A stretch of 64,000 nt of DNA from Armatimonadota bacterium (GCA_041690135.1 JAWLHY010000011.1:192001-256000); one strand, 5' to 3'; shown: positions 32,659 to 43,244, counted from the first letter of the stretch. Numbers and translations are program-made. The notes: generated by a model from the sequence alone, not told the origin.

Positions 32659-33314
32659 AGACAAATTGCCCGGGTGCGGAGACGGAGCGGGAGTTCTGAA
32701 GTACCAGTGGGCCACCTGGCATGCACGTCCCGATGGTCAACACCCGCTCTGGGCCATGGATCTTCCAGAGGACATTGCTTCTGGTGAACGGAGTAGCCTT
32801 TGTCCTCGCACCGGGAGAAGTAGGGCGGATCGCTCCGTCACCGCCGGGCCTTGGACCTGTACCCGTCGTGCCGTGTGGGACTCCACCCACACCTGCCAAT
32901 GCGGGCAGGGGGGTGCGAACTCCCAGACGCAGAGCGCGCAGAGAACAAGCCCCGGCGCATGCGTCGGGTACCCACAAAGTGGGTGATGGGAAGGGCGGCA
33001 GAACTCGGCTTCCACTCCCGGAGGTGGCGCCGCCCCTCCCGGGTTACGAACTGCGGCTCTGGGGGCGCCTATCCCGCAGGTAGCTCTCCATCGCCCGCCA
33101 GAGCCGGCTGCGGCTGATCTCCGCCTGCCGCTCCTCTCGTGGGGTGACGCTCGGGTGGATTGCTTTTTCCGGACAGGAGGGATGTCCGGAAGCAATTGCT
33201 TTTTGCGACCGGAGGCAACTGCTCTAATTCCCATTTCCGGCTCCCCACAGTGGCAAAAGGGGAGCCGAAGAGACTAGGCAGCAAGGAGGATTTGTGGCTA
33301 GAGTGCGGAAATTA

Positions 33315-33387
33315 CGCCCCCGGCGTGAATCGAACACGCGACCAATTGCTTAGAAGGCAACTGCTCTATCCGCTGAGCTACGGGGGC
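33315..33387 (-). tRNA. tRNA-Arg(UCU), CCA not encoded
   Basis: GCCCCCGTAGCTCAGCGGATAGAGCAGTTGCCTTCTAAGCAATTGGTCGCGTGTTCGATTCACGCCGGGGGCG forms a cloverleaf; anticodon loop CT-TCT-AA. Confidence 0.95.
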
Positions 33388-33564
33388 CTATAGGGTGCCT
33401 CGGGCAACATTCCGTGCCGGGCCCGAAAACTCTCTCTGAAGGATAGCCCTACCGCCGGAAACCGTCAAGCCGCCCGGGCACCTTCTGTGCCGGTGGCCGT
33501 GACCGCGAGTCCCTGTCGGGACCACCCCGCCCGCAGTCCCCCGGATGGGAAGGCCGGACTCGCG

Positions 33565-33594
33565 AAAAGGGCCTCACGGACTCCCGTGAGGCCC
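33565..33594 (-). terminator. Intrinsic terminator of the 33630-34154 gene
   Basis: GGGCCTCACGG/CCGTGAGGCCC stem with a T-run on the minus strand. Confidence 0.7.
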
Positions 33595-33629
33595 AGAGCC
33601 AATCGTTTCTGTTCCGAATGCGCTACCTG

Positions 33630-34154
33630 TTAGCGTTTGCGGCGGTTGTTGGGCTTATCGTCCCGCTTGTTGCGAGCCCCGTCTCCGTCCCGGTCGCGGT
33701 CCCGGCTGTTGCGGATACCGTCTCGATCCAGGTCCCGGCTGCCCTTGGATGGAATGTTGGGGCGCTTGTCCTTCTGATTTCGCCGTCCGTCGCCATCGCG
33801 GTCCCGGTCGAGGCTGTTGCGGATGCCGTCTCGATCCAGGTCCCGGCTTCCCCGCGACGGAATGCTGGGATACTTGTCCTTCTGGTTACGCAGACCATCG
33901 CCGTCCCGGTCTCGATCCCGGCGATTGGGAATCCCGTCCCGATCCAGGTCCCAGCGCCGCTGTCCCCGGGTGTTGTACCAGAAGCCGTTGCGGAACTTCA
34001 GGCGTTGACCCCGGATGGTATACCACTGCCCGTTGCGGTACTGCACTCGACGGGACGGCGCCGCCTCCGCCGAAGAGGGAGCGACCATCACCGCACCGGC
34101 AATGAGGGCCGCGAGACCGAATATCTTAAAACTGCGCGTGAAACGCTGTGTCAT
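33630..34154 (-). CDS. Secreted basic protein with three thrombospondin type-3-like DxDxDG repeats
   Basis: Signal peptide ending AEA; 36-aa repeats DLDRDGIxNxxDRDRDGDG..NQKDK.P. Confidence 0.8.
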   Translation of the reverse strand: MTQRFTRSFKIFGLAALIAGAVMVAPSSAEAAPSRRVQYRNGQWYTIRGQRLKFRNGFWYNTRGQRRWDLDRDGIPNRRDRDRDGDGLRNQKDKYPSIPSRGSRDLDRDGIRNSLDRDRDGDGRRNQKDKRPNIPSKGSRDLDRDGIRNSRDRDRDGDGARNKRDDKPNNRRKR

Positions 34155-34452
34155 CTTCCTCTACCCTTATGAACGCACGCACTCTTGTGTTTTGGACGGC
34201 GGCAATTTCGTCGTCCGTCCTGGCAAGGTCCGTCTTCCGGCCTTCCTGGCAACCTTCCCCTGTGGGGGCCGTCGCTTGAAGGCAGGTGCCCTGCCAACGG
34301 TAAGACCTCTTCGCGCTCCTATACGTTCCCTGATCTTCCGAACCTCACGCATCCGGACTTAGTTCGAGAGGTATAGGAGAGGGCGGTAGCCCTGGACTCA
34401 TCCTATCGTTTACAATCCGGGAGAACTGCGACTTCTCCCGTCCCATGCGCCG

Positions 34453-35205
34453 ATGCCTACCCTCCTCGAACCTCTTTCACTGAACGCCTGGCCCGCCCTC
34501 GAAACGGAGGACCGCGATGGCTGGCGACTCTGCTTCGCCCACGGGTTCAGCCGCCGGGTGAACTCCGTCCAGCCGTTCTCCGCGCCTTCCGGCGAGTTGG
34601 AGGAGCGCCTCCGCTACTGCGAGAGATGGTATGCCGCGCGGGGTCGACCCACGTACTTCAAGCTGACCGTCGCCGCGCAGCCGTCGGACCTCGACGACTT
34701 CCTTGCCCGGCGCGGCTACGTCCGCGAGGCCCCGACCAGCGTCCAGACCCGAGAACTGGGCGAGGAGCCGCAGCCGGATCTCCCCGCCGGATACCAGTTC
34801 GCTGCGGGGAGTCGCGTGGATGCGGCCTGGGTGGAGCGGTACATGACGATGAACGGTTACGACCTCCGGCACCACCCCACGGCCGTCGCGATCATGCGCC
34901 GCATCCAGGCGCCCTGCCGCTACCTCTCGGTGCTGCGGGGGAATGAAACGGTGGCCGTGGGGCTGGCCGTCGCCGAGGCGGGATGGGTCGGCCTCTTCGA
35001 TATCGTCACGAGCCCCGAGTGCCGCGGCCAGGGTCTGGGCACCCAGGTCGTCCGGGAACTCCTCCGCTGGGGCCGGGAACACGGCGCCCGGCAGGCCTAC
35101 CTCCAGGTCATGCAGAACAACCTCCCCGCCCAACGCCTCTACGCCCGCCTCGGCTTCACCCCACGCTACGAGTACTGGTACCGCCGCGGCCCCCACCCCC
35201 GCTAG
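34453..35205 (+). CDS. GNAT family N-acetyltransferase
   Basis: NAWPALE, GFSRRVNS, VTSPECRGQGLG, AYLQVMQNNLPAQRLYARLGF. Confidence 0.9.
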   Translation: MPTLLEPLSLNAWPALETEDRDGWRLCFAHGFSRRVNSVQPFSAPSGELEERLRYCERWYAARGRPTYFKLTVAAQPSDLDDFLARRGYVREAPTSVQTRELGEEPQPDLPAGYQFAAGSRVDAAWVERYMTMNGYDLRHHPTAVAIMRRIQAPCRYLSVLRGNETVAVGLAVAEAGWVGLFDIVTSPECRGQGLGTQVVRELLRWGREHGARQAYLQVMQNNLPAQRLYARLGFTPRYEYWYRRGPHPR

Positions 35206-35619
35206 GCTAAAGGAGGGTCCCCGCCCAAGAACCACGAACCGAACAACGATGTGCCTGGGGCGATCCACACAGCGAGAAAGCCGCGAGCCCAACGCTGGGA
35301 TACGACCTATGCGCCGCCATCGTGGGTACGAACCGATAGCCCCTTCTCTGCGTCGGAGCCGGGCACCCTTTGGGTGGCGGGTACCCGCGGAGTGGGTGGC
35401 GGGATGAGGTCCTCTGCAAAACCGCATTCACTCTGCTATACCCCTCAGTCGCAGAAACTGTGATGGGCATAATTCAGTACAGGTTGGCTCCAGTCCAGAT
35501 GAGTGTAAACCTTTCGTGTCTTTCGTTCTTTCGCGATTTCGTGTTAGCCCGCGCAGCGCCCGCACCCGTTTCGCATCACCACCAACCGTGAGCTGACCCA
35601 TCCCAACTCAAGCCCCAAA

Positions 35620-35800
35620 CCTTCACGCATGACGCATTACGTCCCCACGTCCGAGGCAAAATCTCTGCCCGCGCAACCGCCTCGCACGTAAGCTTCACGA
35701 ATCACGAATTACGGATCACGCTACCACGTCCGAGGCACAATTCCTGCTCCCGCAGCCGCCTCGCACGTAAGCTTCACGTTTCACGTTTCACGTTTCACGC
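35620..35800. repeat. Two ~55-bp direct repeats interleaved with heptamer runs (TTTCACG)n/(ATTACGC)n
   Basis: CCACGTCCGAGGCA...GCCTCGCACGTAAGCTTCACG at ~35646 and ~35724. Confidence 0.75.
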
Positions 35801-35806
35801 AACCCA

Positions 35807-37036
35807 ATGAAGCCGATCACCTATCTCCTGCCCCTTGCCCTTCTCCTCGTCGCGAGCCAGCCCCTGGCTTCCGCCCAGACCCCGTCCGCGGCGAAGCAAG
35901 ACCGCTGGGCGGCCATCGACCGCGCGGCCGAGGAGACCATCGCCTCCGGGAACGCCCCCGGGGTCGTCCTGGTGGTCGGCCACCGCGGAAAGATCGTCTA
36001 CCGGAAGGCGTTCGGGAACCGCAGTCTCCGCCCCGAGGCCCGGCCGATGACTGTCGATACCGTGTTCGATCTCGCCTCGCTCACCAAGGTCGTGGCCACC
36101 ACCAGTGCCGTGATGGCCCTGATGGAAGAGGGGAAGCTCCGGCCGGGAGATCCCGTCGTACGTTACTGGCCGGAGTTCGGCCAGGCCGGCAAGGAGAAGG
36201 TCACCATCCGGCAGCTCCTCACGCACACCTCCGGCCTCGGCGCCTACATCAACTTCTACCGGCGCTACGCCGACCCCACTCGCCCCGGCGTGCAGGACCA
36301 GCGCGAGAAGGTGCTCCAGGCCATCGCGGAGGTGGCCCCCACCTACCCGGCCGATACGAAGCAGGTCTACAGCGACCTGGGGTTCATCACCCTGGGGGAG
36401 ATCGTCCGGCGTGTCAGCGGGGAGCCCCTGGAAGAGTACGTGCGCCGGCGCATCTTCCTGCCGCTCGGCATGCGGGAGACGACCTATAATCCCCAGGGCC
36501 GGCTCAAAGAGCGGGCCGCCCCCACCACCCAGCGGGTGAACGGTTTCCTGCAGGGAGAGGTCCACGATGAGAATGCCGCCTGCTGCGCCGGGGTGGCTGG
36601 TCACGCGGGGCTCTTCAGCACCGCCGCCGACCTGAGCCGCTTTGCGCGGATGCTGCTAAGCAGCGATAACGGCGACCGCCGCCGCTACCCGCTTAGCCCG
36701 GCCACGGTACGCACGATGACCTCCCCGCAAACCCCGCCGGGGATCCGCCTGCGCGGCTTCGGGTGGGATATCGATTCGACCTATTCCCACGTCCGGGGCG
36801 ACCTGCTGCCCCGGGGCAGCTTTGGTCACACCGGCTTCACCGGGACGTATATCTGGGTGGACCCGTACAGCCAAAGTTTCATCATCGGCCTCTCCAACCG
36901 GGTGCATCCGGAGGGCAAAGGCAACGTATTACGACTCTGGTCCCAGGTGGCGAACATCGTCGCCGGAGAGGTGCGGCCTTACGCGCTCCCTCCTCGCGGC
37001 GCGGTTGCCGACATTCCTATGGGTGGAGCAAAATAG
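35807..37036 (+). CDS. Secreted serine hydrolase (beta-lactamase-related)
   Basis: Signal peptide; FDLASLTK (SxxK), LLTHTSG, YSDLGF, FGHTGFTG. Confidence 0.9.
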   Translation: MKPITYLLPLALLLVASQPLASAQTPSAAKQDRWAAIDRAAEETIASGNAPGVVLVVGHRGKIVYRKAFGNRSLRPEARPMTVDTVFDLASLTKVVATTSAVMALMEEGKLRPGDPVVRYWPEFGQAGKEKVTIRQLLTHTSGLGAYINFYRRYADPTRPGVQDQREKVLQAIAEVAPTYPADTKQVYSDLGFITLGEIVRRVSGEPLEEYVRRRIFLPLGMRETTYNPQGRLKERAAPTTQRVNGFLQGEVHDENAACCAGVAGHAGLFSTAADLSRFARMLLSSDNGDRRRYPLSPATVRTMTSPQTPPGIRLRGFGWDIDSTYSHVRGDLLPRGSFGHTGFTGTYIWVDPYSQSFIIGLSNRVHPEGKGNVLRLWSQVANIVAGEVRPYALPPRGAVADIPMGGAK

Positions 37037-37074
37037 GGCGGGACCCGGTCCCTTTCAGTTTCAAGGAGTATTGC

Positions 37075-37749
37075 ATGCGTAACCGATGGCACCTGGCAGC
37101 CCCCATGCTGGCGAGCTTGATGCTGCTTTCCGGCCCCGTAGCGGCGCAGTTCGGGACGGCTCCCGTCAACCCGTTCCCGGAAGACTCGCGGGGTAACCGC
37201 GGGTTCCAGATCAAGCGCAAGACCGTCCAGGGTTCGGTGAAGTCCACGGATGGCGAGAAGAAGCTGCTGGTCCTCAATGTCGGCGACGAGAAGGAGCCGA
37301 AGGAACTCCGGGTCGTGGTGGGCCCCTGCCGGATCTTCGCGGGCCCCGGCAGCGCCACCCTGGCCGACTTCAAGCCGGGCGACAAGCTGAAGGTCTATGG
37401 CGAGACCACCGTCCATGGCAACCTGCGGGCCATGGATATCTGGGCGCCGAAGGAGCGGATGTCGATCGCCCCGCCGGAAAAGCCGAAGAAGATCAAGCTC
37501 ACGCCGGAGCAGAAGAAGGCCAAGCGGGAAGCGGCCAAGGCCAAGCGCGCTGCGGATGAAGCCAAGCGCAAGGAAGAGGAAGCCGCCGCGAAGGCGAAGC
37601 GTGCTGAGGAGAAGGCCGCCATCAAGGCCCGGAAGGAAGCCCAGGAAGCCGCCCGCAAGGCCCGGAAGGCCAAGGCCGCCGAGGAAAAAGCCGCCGAGGA
37701 AAAGGCCGCCGAGGAAAAGGCCGAAGAAGAGAAGAGCGAGCAGCAGTAG
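37075..37749 (+). CDS. Secreted hypothetical protein, OB-fold-like domain with K/A/E-rich tail
   Basis: RBS AAGGAG, signal peptide, ATLADFKPGDKLKVYG, EEKAA repeats. Confidence 0.75.
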   Translation: MRNRWHLAAPMLASLMLLSGPVAAQFGTAPVNPFPEDSRGNRGFQIKRKTVQGSVKSTDGEKKLLVLNVGDEKEPKELRVVVGPCRIFAGPGSATLADFKPGDKLKVYGETTVHGNLRAMDIWAPKERMSIAPPEKPKKIKLTPEQKKAKREAAKAKRAADEAKRKEEEAAAKAKRAEEKAAIKARKEAQEAARKARKAKAAEEKAAEEKAAEEKAEEEKSEQQ

Positions 37750-38409
37750 CGTCGCGTTCCTGACCTTCTCCTCTCCCAGGAAGTCGGAAGCCGTAACGGC
37801 ACCGCTCGTGCGGCACTGCAGCCGGTCTGGAGCGCCACCGATAAGCGTCGGCTCTACATACGGCACAGGCGGCGCGTCATGCAATTGACGGAACACTACC
37901 GTGTGTCGGGGCCTCTGACGAGCCAACCGCCGCACTGTTCCCCACCGATAGCCCCCTTCTCTGCGTCGGAGAAGGGGGTGGGGGGATGAGGTTGCTGTGG
38001 TAGTGCGTGGAAGGTTCCGCATCCATACTCACTCTGGGCAGACGCTCATATGCGTAAGCGAGATTCATCCCCTGGAGTAGCGCGGGCGAGGTCACACCCC
38101 CTGAACGAGCACCTGCCTGTTTCGCCTTCTCACCTCCATGGAACCCGTTCTGGCCTGTATGGCATCTGCCCCCATCCTTCGCGAGCAGATGCGAAAAGGG
38201 CAGAAGGGTATTCGCTTTCGGAAATAGAACCTTACCTGGGTTCGGAGCGCAACCCTGCCTGCCCGGCACCGTTTGCGGTGTTCCGGGGAGTGGGGAAGGC
38301 GGTCCTGCCGCGAACCTACACGCTTTACGTTTCACGCTGGCCCCACACGAGAGCCGCGCTGAAGCCAGCCGGCAGACGGTTTTTACGACAACCAAAGGAG
38401 ATGCCGATC

Positions 38410-39351
38410 ATGACGCGAAATGCGCTCATCTGGAGTGCAGCGGGAATCCTGACGGTGGGGGTGATTTCCTCCGCCTCGGCCCGCCCGAACTACCTGCAGG
38501 TGTTCAAGGGGCACTACAAGACGACCGAGGGCAAGCCGAAGCTCAACGCGGCTAACTGCGCCCTCTGTCACATCGGCCCCGCCAACCAGGGCAAGTGGAA
38601 CGCCTACGGCGAAGCCATGCGCCAGGCACTGGGCGCCAAGGGCGTTCAGGACCGCGCCAAGGTGGTCGCCTCCCTGGAGGCGGCCGGCAAGAAGCAGAAT
38701 GCCACGGCCAAGCAGACGTTCGCCGCCCTCATCGCGAAAGACACCTTCCCGGCGGCGGCCCAGGCCGGCGGTGGCGCCAGCCCGGCGGGTGGGGGTGCTC
38801 GCCCGGTGGCCCAGGCTGGTCGGCCCGGCCCCGCGCCCGTGGCCGGCGATTGGGAAGCCGTGTTCAACGGCGTCGACATGTCCGGCTGGACCAAGATGAA
38901 CGCCGGCAACTGGACGGTCGAGAACGGCCTGCTCAAGTACACCGGCGGCGGCAACGGCTGGCTGCGCACCAACAAGCAGTGGAAGGACTACTCCGCCGTG
39001 ATCGTGTGGCGGTTCGTCGAGCCGGGTCCCAACGACTCGGGTATCTTCCTCCGCGCCGGCCTGGAAGGCAACCCCTGGCCGCGCTCGCCACAGTTGAACA
39101 TGGGTCCTGGCCAGAACCTGGGCAGCATTGGCGGCACGCAGGGTTCCACGGCCCGCGCCGACCTGGTTAAGCCCACCGACTGGAACACCTATCAGGTGAC
39201 GGTGAACGACGGCGTCGCCACCCTCGCCATCAACGGCCAGAAGGCCTGGGATCGGGCGACGGGGATCGCGGACCAGCCGGGTCATCTGGGGATTCAGGCC
39301 GAAGGCCGCAAGATCGAAATCCAGGGCTTCTGGGTACGACCTCTCCGGTAG
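38410..39351 (+). CDS. Secreted c-type cytochrome-like domain fused to DUF1080 (3-keto-disaccharide hydrolase-like) domain
   Basis: RBS AAGGAG; signal peptide; NCALCHIG; Gly/Ala/Pro linker; WEAVFNGVDMSGW, NDSGIFLR, DWNTYQV, GHLGIQAEG. Confidence 0.8.
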   Translation: MTRNALIWSAAGILTVGVISSASARPNYLQVFKGHYKTTEGKPKLNAANCALCHIGPANQGKWNAYGEAMRQALGAKGVQDRAKVVASLEAAGKKQNATAKQTFAALIAKDTFPAAAQAGGGASPAGGGARPVAQAGRPGPAPVAGDWEAVFNGVDMSGWTKMNAGNWTVENGLLKYTGGGNGWLRTNKQWKDYSAVIVWRFVEPGPNDSGIFLRAGLEGNPWPRSPQLNMGPGQNLGSIGGTQGSTARADLVKPTDWNTYQVTVNDGVATLAINGQKAWDRATGIADQPGHLGIQAEGRKIEIQGFWVRPLR

Positions 39352-39453
39352 GGCCACCTTTCAAGGTAGCAGACCGGAACAGTGCGGATCGCCCTGCCCC
39401 CTGGGTAGGGCGATTTCGCGTACTGCGTGGGATCGTGGAGGACGATAGTAGGG

Positions 39454-40044
39454 ATGCGTCGAGAAAAACGGACCGGAACGCGAGGGAAACCGGCGGGCGG
39501 TGAGAAGAAGCCGGCCCAGAGCCCTCAAGAGCGAGCAGAGGCCATGATCGCGCGGCTCGAGGCGCGGGAGACGCACCTGGTTACGGCGGCGGAGGAACTG
39601 GACCGCCTCCAGGGCACGTTGGAGCGACTGGGTAGCCTGGAAGGTCTCCGCGAGCGGGTGGCCGAGTTGTGCGATGCCTGGTCCGACGTGAGCCTCCGGG
39701 GGGACACCGGCCAGGCCTGGCTGACACTGGTCGGCGCCTTCGATCTCAAAGAGCACGACTCCCGGGTAGTCGCCCTGGCGGAAGAGATGGGCGCACCGGT
39801 CGCCCTCCGCGCCCAGGCCTGCCGCGTGCTGGCCCGGCTCGGCGGCGAAGAGGCGGTGCTAAGTCTCGCCCGGGTCCTCCAATCTCGCTCCGACGCCCAG
39901 GTCCGGGTGGCCGCGGCGGAAGGCCTGGCGAGCCTCCGCGATCCCAGTGTGCGCCCGCTTCTGGAAAGCCTCCTGGAAGAAGACCTGCCTCGCCCCGTGT
40001 GGAGCGCCGTCAGCGAAACCGTGGATCGCCTCCCCAGAGGATGA
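39454..40044 (+). CDS. HEAT repeat protein
   Basis: LRAQACRVLARLGGEEAV, VRVAAAEGLASLRDP. Confidence 0.75.
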   Translation: MRREKRTGTRGKPAGGEKKPAQSPQERAEAMIARLEARETHLVTAAEELDRLQGTLERLGSLEGLRERVAELCDAWSDVSLRGDTGQAWLTLVGAFDLKEHDSRVVALAEEMGAPVALRAQACRVLARLGGEEAVLSLARVLQSRSDAQVRVAAAEGLASLRDPSVRPLLESLLEEDLPRPVWSAVSETVDRLPRG

Positions 40045-40325
40045 GGATAAGGACACGGATAAGGATAAAGAGGGCGGGACCCGCTTGCCCGACCGCTGAA
40101 TGCCCGACCGTCTGAATGAGGTTGTTGGTAAACTCGATCGCGGGCAGCATATTGATCGGCTGCAGTTGGACTGCAGCCGATCCCGGAGAACTTACCAACA
40201 ACACCCGAACACCCGAACATTTACCCCCCACAGGGGGGCCCGACCACCTGAACACCAAACACCCTCCTGCCCCAAGCGGTTCGAATTACGCATTACGCAA
40301 TACGCATTACGTCCCCAACGCCCGA

Positions 40326-41597
40326 ATGCCTGAACACCTCACACCCGACCTCATCCTCGCCGGCCACCTGATCGACGGGACCGGCGCTCCTCCGCGCGAG
40401 CGGCAGGGGTTGCTGCTGCGGAACGGCGCCATCGAGGCGGTGATTCCGCAGGCGGATCTCACCCCGACCCAGCGGCAGGGCCGGTCCGTGCTGGATCTGG
40501 GGGACGCCACGGTGCTTCCGGGCCTCATCGACACGCACTGCCACGTTACCTTCAACGCGGGGCCAAACCACGATGTCGTCCGCCGCGGGGTCGTCGAGGA
40601 GAGCGATGCCCGCCTGGCGCTGCGGGCCATGGCCAATGCCCAGGCGCACCTCGCCCGGGGCGTGACCACGCTGCGCGACGTGGGCGGGCGCGGGTTCCTG
40701 ACCCTGGCCGTGCGGGACGCCGTGCGGGAGGGACTGGTGCTCGGTCCGCGCATGCAGGTCTCCGGCCCGGCGATCAGCACCACGCGCGGCCACCTCAACT
40801 ACCTGGGTGCGATCGCGAACAACGCCGAAGAAATGCGGCGGATGGCGACCGAAATCCTGGATGCCGGCGCCGACCTCGTCAAGCTCTGCGCCACCGGCGG
40901 GATCATGACCGCCGAGTCCGACCCGATCGGCTCCCAGTACACCACCGAGGAACTACGGGCGGCGGTCGAAGTCGCCGAGAGCCGCGACACACGGGTGGCC
41001 GCGCACGTGCTCGCCTCGGAGGCGCTGGTCCGGTGCGTCGAGGCCGGCGTCCACAGCATCGAGCACTGCATGTGGCAGGAAACCCCGGGCGCGTACCGGT
41101 TTCAGCCGGAAGTCGCGGCGGTGATGCGGGAGAAGGGCATCTTCGCGGGCCTCACCTTCGCGGGCCTGGGGCAGGCTCGTTACCTGGAGCAGAAGCTCGG
41201 GAAAGCGCCCCGGGAAGATATGGGCGTCTGGCGAGGCCGCATGGAGAGCCGCTACGCCGCGGAGCGGGAGATGGTGGCGTCCGGGGTCCGCTACGTGCTC
41301 CACAGCGACGCGGGCGTGCGCGAGACCCCCTTCGGCGCCTTCTGGCTCACCCTCGCCACCGCCTGTTTCGAGTTGCACCTCTCCCCGCTCCAGGCGATCG
41401 CCGCGACGACTTCCACGGCCGCCGCGCTGCTCGGCTGGGAAGACCGCGTGGGCACGCTGGCGCCGGGCAGGCGGGCGGACCTCCTGGTCGTGGAGCGGAA
41501 CGCCGCACAGGTGATCGAAGCACTCTCCGAACCCCGGATGGTCCTGCTCGACGGCCGCATCGTGGCCGAGAACGGCGTGCTGTACACGGAAAAGTGA
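40326..41597 (+). CDS. Amidohydrolase family protein (Xaa-Pro dipeptidase-like)
   Basis: VLPGLIDTHCH, GVTTLRDVGG, VKLCATGG, VAAH, SIEH, GTLAPGRRADLLV. Confidence 0.9.
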   Translation: MPEHLTPDLILAGHLIDGTGAPPRERQGLLLRNGAIEAVIPQADLTPTQRQGRSVLDLGDATVLPGLIDTHCHVTFNAGPNHDVVRRGVVEESDARLALRAMANAQAHLARGVTTLRDVGGRGFLTLAVRDAVREGLVLGPRMQVSGPAISTTRGHLNYLGAIANNAEEMRRMATEILDAGADLVKLCATGGIMTAESDPIGSQYTTEELRAAVEVAESRDTRVAAHVLASEALVRCVEAGVHSIEHCMWQETPGAYRFQPEVAAVMREKGIFAGLTFAGLGQARYLEQKLGKAPREDMGVWRGRMESRYAAEREMVASGVRYVLHSDAGVRETPFGAFWLTLATACFELHLSPLQAIAATTSTAAALLGWEDRVGTLAPGRRADLLVVERNAAQVIEALSEPRMVLLDGRIVAENGVLYTEK

Positions 41598-41609
41598 AAG
41601 GCAGTCCCC

Positions 41610-42749
41610 ATGAAGATCACGAAGGTTGAAGCGGTCGGTCTCTCCACGCGCTCCGAGCGCAACGTCGCGGACGGCACCCAGGATGCGCTCTTGATCCTGG
41701 TCCACACCGATGCGGGTCTTACGGGCGTGGGGGAGGCGGATACGTCTCCGCAGATCGGGCGCGCCGTGCTCGAAGCTCCCGTTTCCACCGACAAGTGCCA
41801 GGGGCTGGCGGCACAGTTCGTGGGCGAAGACCCCTTCGATCGCGAGGCGCTGTGGAAGAAGTGCTACTACCGCTCCTACAAGTACGGGCGGATGGGCGTG
41901 GCGATCAACGTGTTGAGCGCCATCGACATGGCGCTCTGGGATATCATCGGCAAGGCGACCGGGCGTCCCCTCTACCAGTTGTTGGGGGGCGCGGTCCGGA
42001 AGTCGGTGCACGCCTACTCCAGCGTCCTCTTTCCGGAATCGACGGAAGACATGCCGGAGGCCCTGGCGGACGTACGGCGCAAGGCGACCTCGGCCCGCGA
42101 GAACGGCTTCACCGCCATCAAGTACGGGTGGGGCGGCTTCGGCTACGACAAGCCCAAGGACGTGGCGATGGTGGCGGCGGCCCGCGAGGTGATTGGCGAC
42201 GACATCGCGCTGATGATCGACGTGGGGATGCGTTGGGATGCCCAGACGGCCATCGAATGGATCGAGGCGCTCCGCCCGCTCAATCCCTACTGGTTCGAGG
42301 AGCCCTGCTACGCCGACGAGTACGAGACCTACGGGGCCATCGCGGACGCCCATCCCTGGACTCGCATCGTCGGCGGCGAGCAGGAGTACAACCGCTGGGG
42401 TTTCCGTCGCCTGATGGAAGTGGGCAAGGTCAAGGGGATCCAGCCCGACCTGGCGCGGAACGGCGGCATTACGGAGACCCTGAAGGTCGCCGCGATTGCC
42501 CAGGAACGCGGCGTGCCCATCTACCTCCACGGCTGGAGCACCAACGTGCTGGTGGCCGCCAATCTGCATTTCATCGCCGCCACCCCCAACTGCCAGTGGC
42601 TGGAGTACAACACCGGCGACTCGCCCCTCCGCTGGGAATTAACGTACGAGCAGTTTCCCCTTCGCGATGGTGCGGTGAGCGTGCCGGAAGGCCCGGGTCT
42701 GGGGATTACGTTGAACTGGGATGCGGTAGAAAAGTACCGGACCTTCTAG
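41610..42749 (+). CDS. Mandelate racemase/muconate lactonizing enzyme family protein
   Basis: SAIDMALWDIIGK, LMID, WFEEP, GGEQ, QPDLARNGGIT, GPGLG. Confidence 0.92.
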   Translation: MKITKVEAVGLSTRSERNVADGTQDALLILVHTDAGLTGVGEADTSPQIGRAVLEAPVSTDKCQGLAAQFVGEDPFDREALWKKCYYRSYKYGRMGVAINVLSAIDMALWDIIGKATGRPLYQLLGGAVRKSVHAYSSVLFPESTEDMPEALADVRRKATSARENGFTAIKYGWGGFGYDKPKDVAMVAAAREVIGDDIALMIDVGMRWDAQTAIEWIEALRPLNPYWFEEPCYADEYETYGAIADAHPWTRIVGGEQEYNRWGFRRLMEVGKVKGIQPDLARNGGITETLKVAAIAQERGVPIYLHGWSTNVLVAANLHFIAATPNCQWLEYNTGDSPLRWELTYEQFPLRDGAVSVPEGPGLGITLNWDAVEKYRTF

Positions 42750-42857
42750 TAGCCTCAATCGGTTCGTCGGGGCGACGGAAAAGGATTATAATGGTCAGAG
42801 GCTCCTGCCGGACCCTCGGTCGCTCTTACGGCTGACGGTGGCCTGCGATTTGGTGTT

Positions 42858-43205
42858 ATGTACGCGATCAATTTTTATACCCAGCTCTACGAAGACATGC
42901 TGATGCGGGGGCGCAAGACCGCCACGATCCGCCTCGGCGACAAGACCGACAAGTACAAGGCGGGCGAACTCGCCTGGATCACGGTCGGTCAACGGTTCGG
43001 ACGCCGCCGTAAGCTCTTCACGGCCATCATCGACGCCGTGACGGTCAAGCCTATTTCGGAGCTCACGCCCCGCGAGATCGATCGTGAGAACCCGGAGATG
43101 CGCACGCAGGAAGAGCTCGCCCGGTTTCTGAGCATGATCTACGACCGCCCGGTCACGACGGATCACCTGATAACCGTGGTCCACTTCTCGCCGGTCAGCG
43201 AGTAG
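42858..43205 (+). CDS. ASCH domain protein
   Basis: GRKTATIRLG (GxKxxTxR-like). Confidence 0.8.
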   Translation: MYAINFYTQLYEDMLMRGRKTATIRLGDKTDKYKAGELAWITVGQRFGRRRKLFTAIIDAVTVKPISELTPREIDRENPEMRTQEELARFLSMIYDRPVTTDHLITVVHFSPVSE

Positions 43206-43244
43206 AATTCGTCCGGCGCCGGCTACGGCGCGCGGCATCACGCG

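Noticed and set aside
32660-33300. ORFs or prophage between purK and tRNA-Arg
   Set aside because: Overlapping short ORFs with no motifs; no integrase
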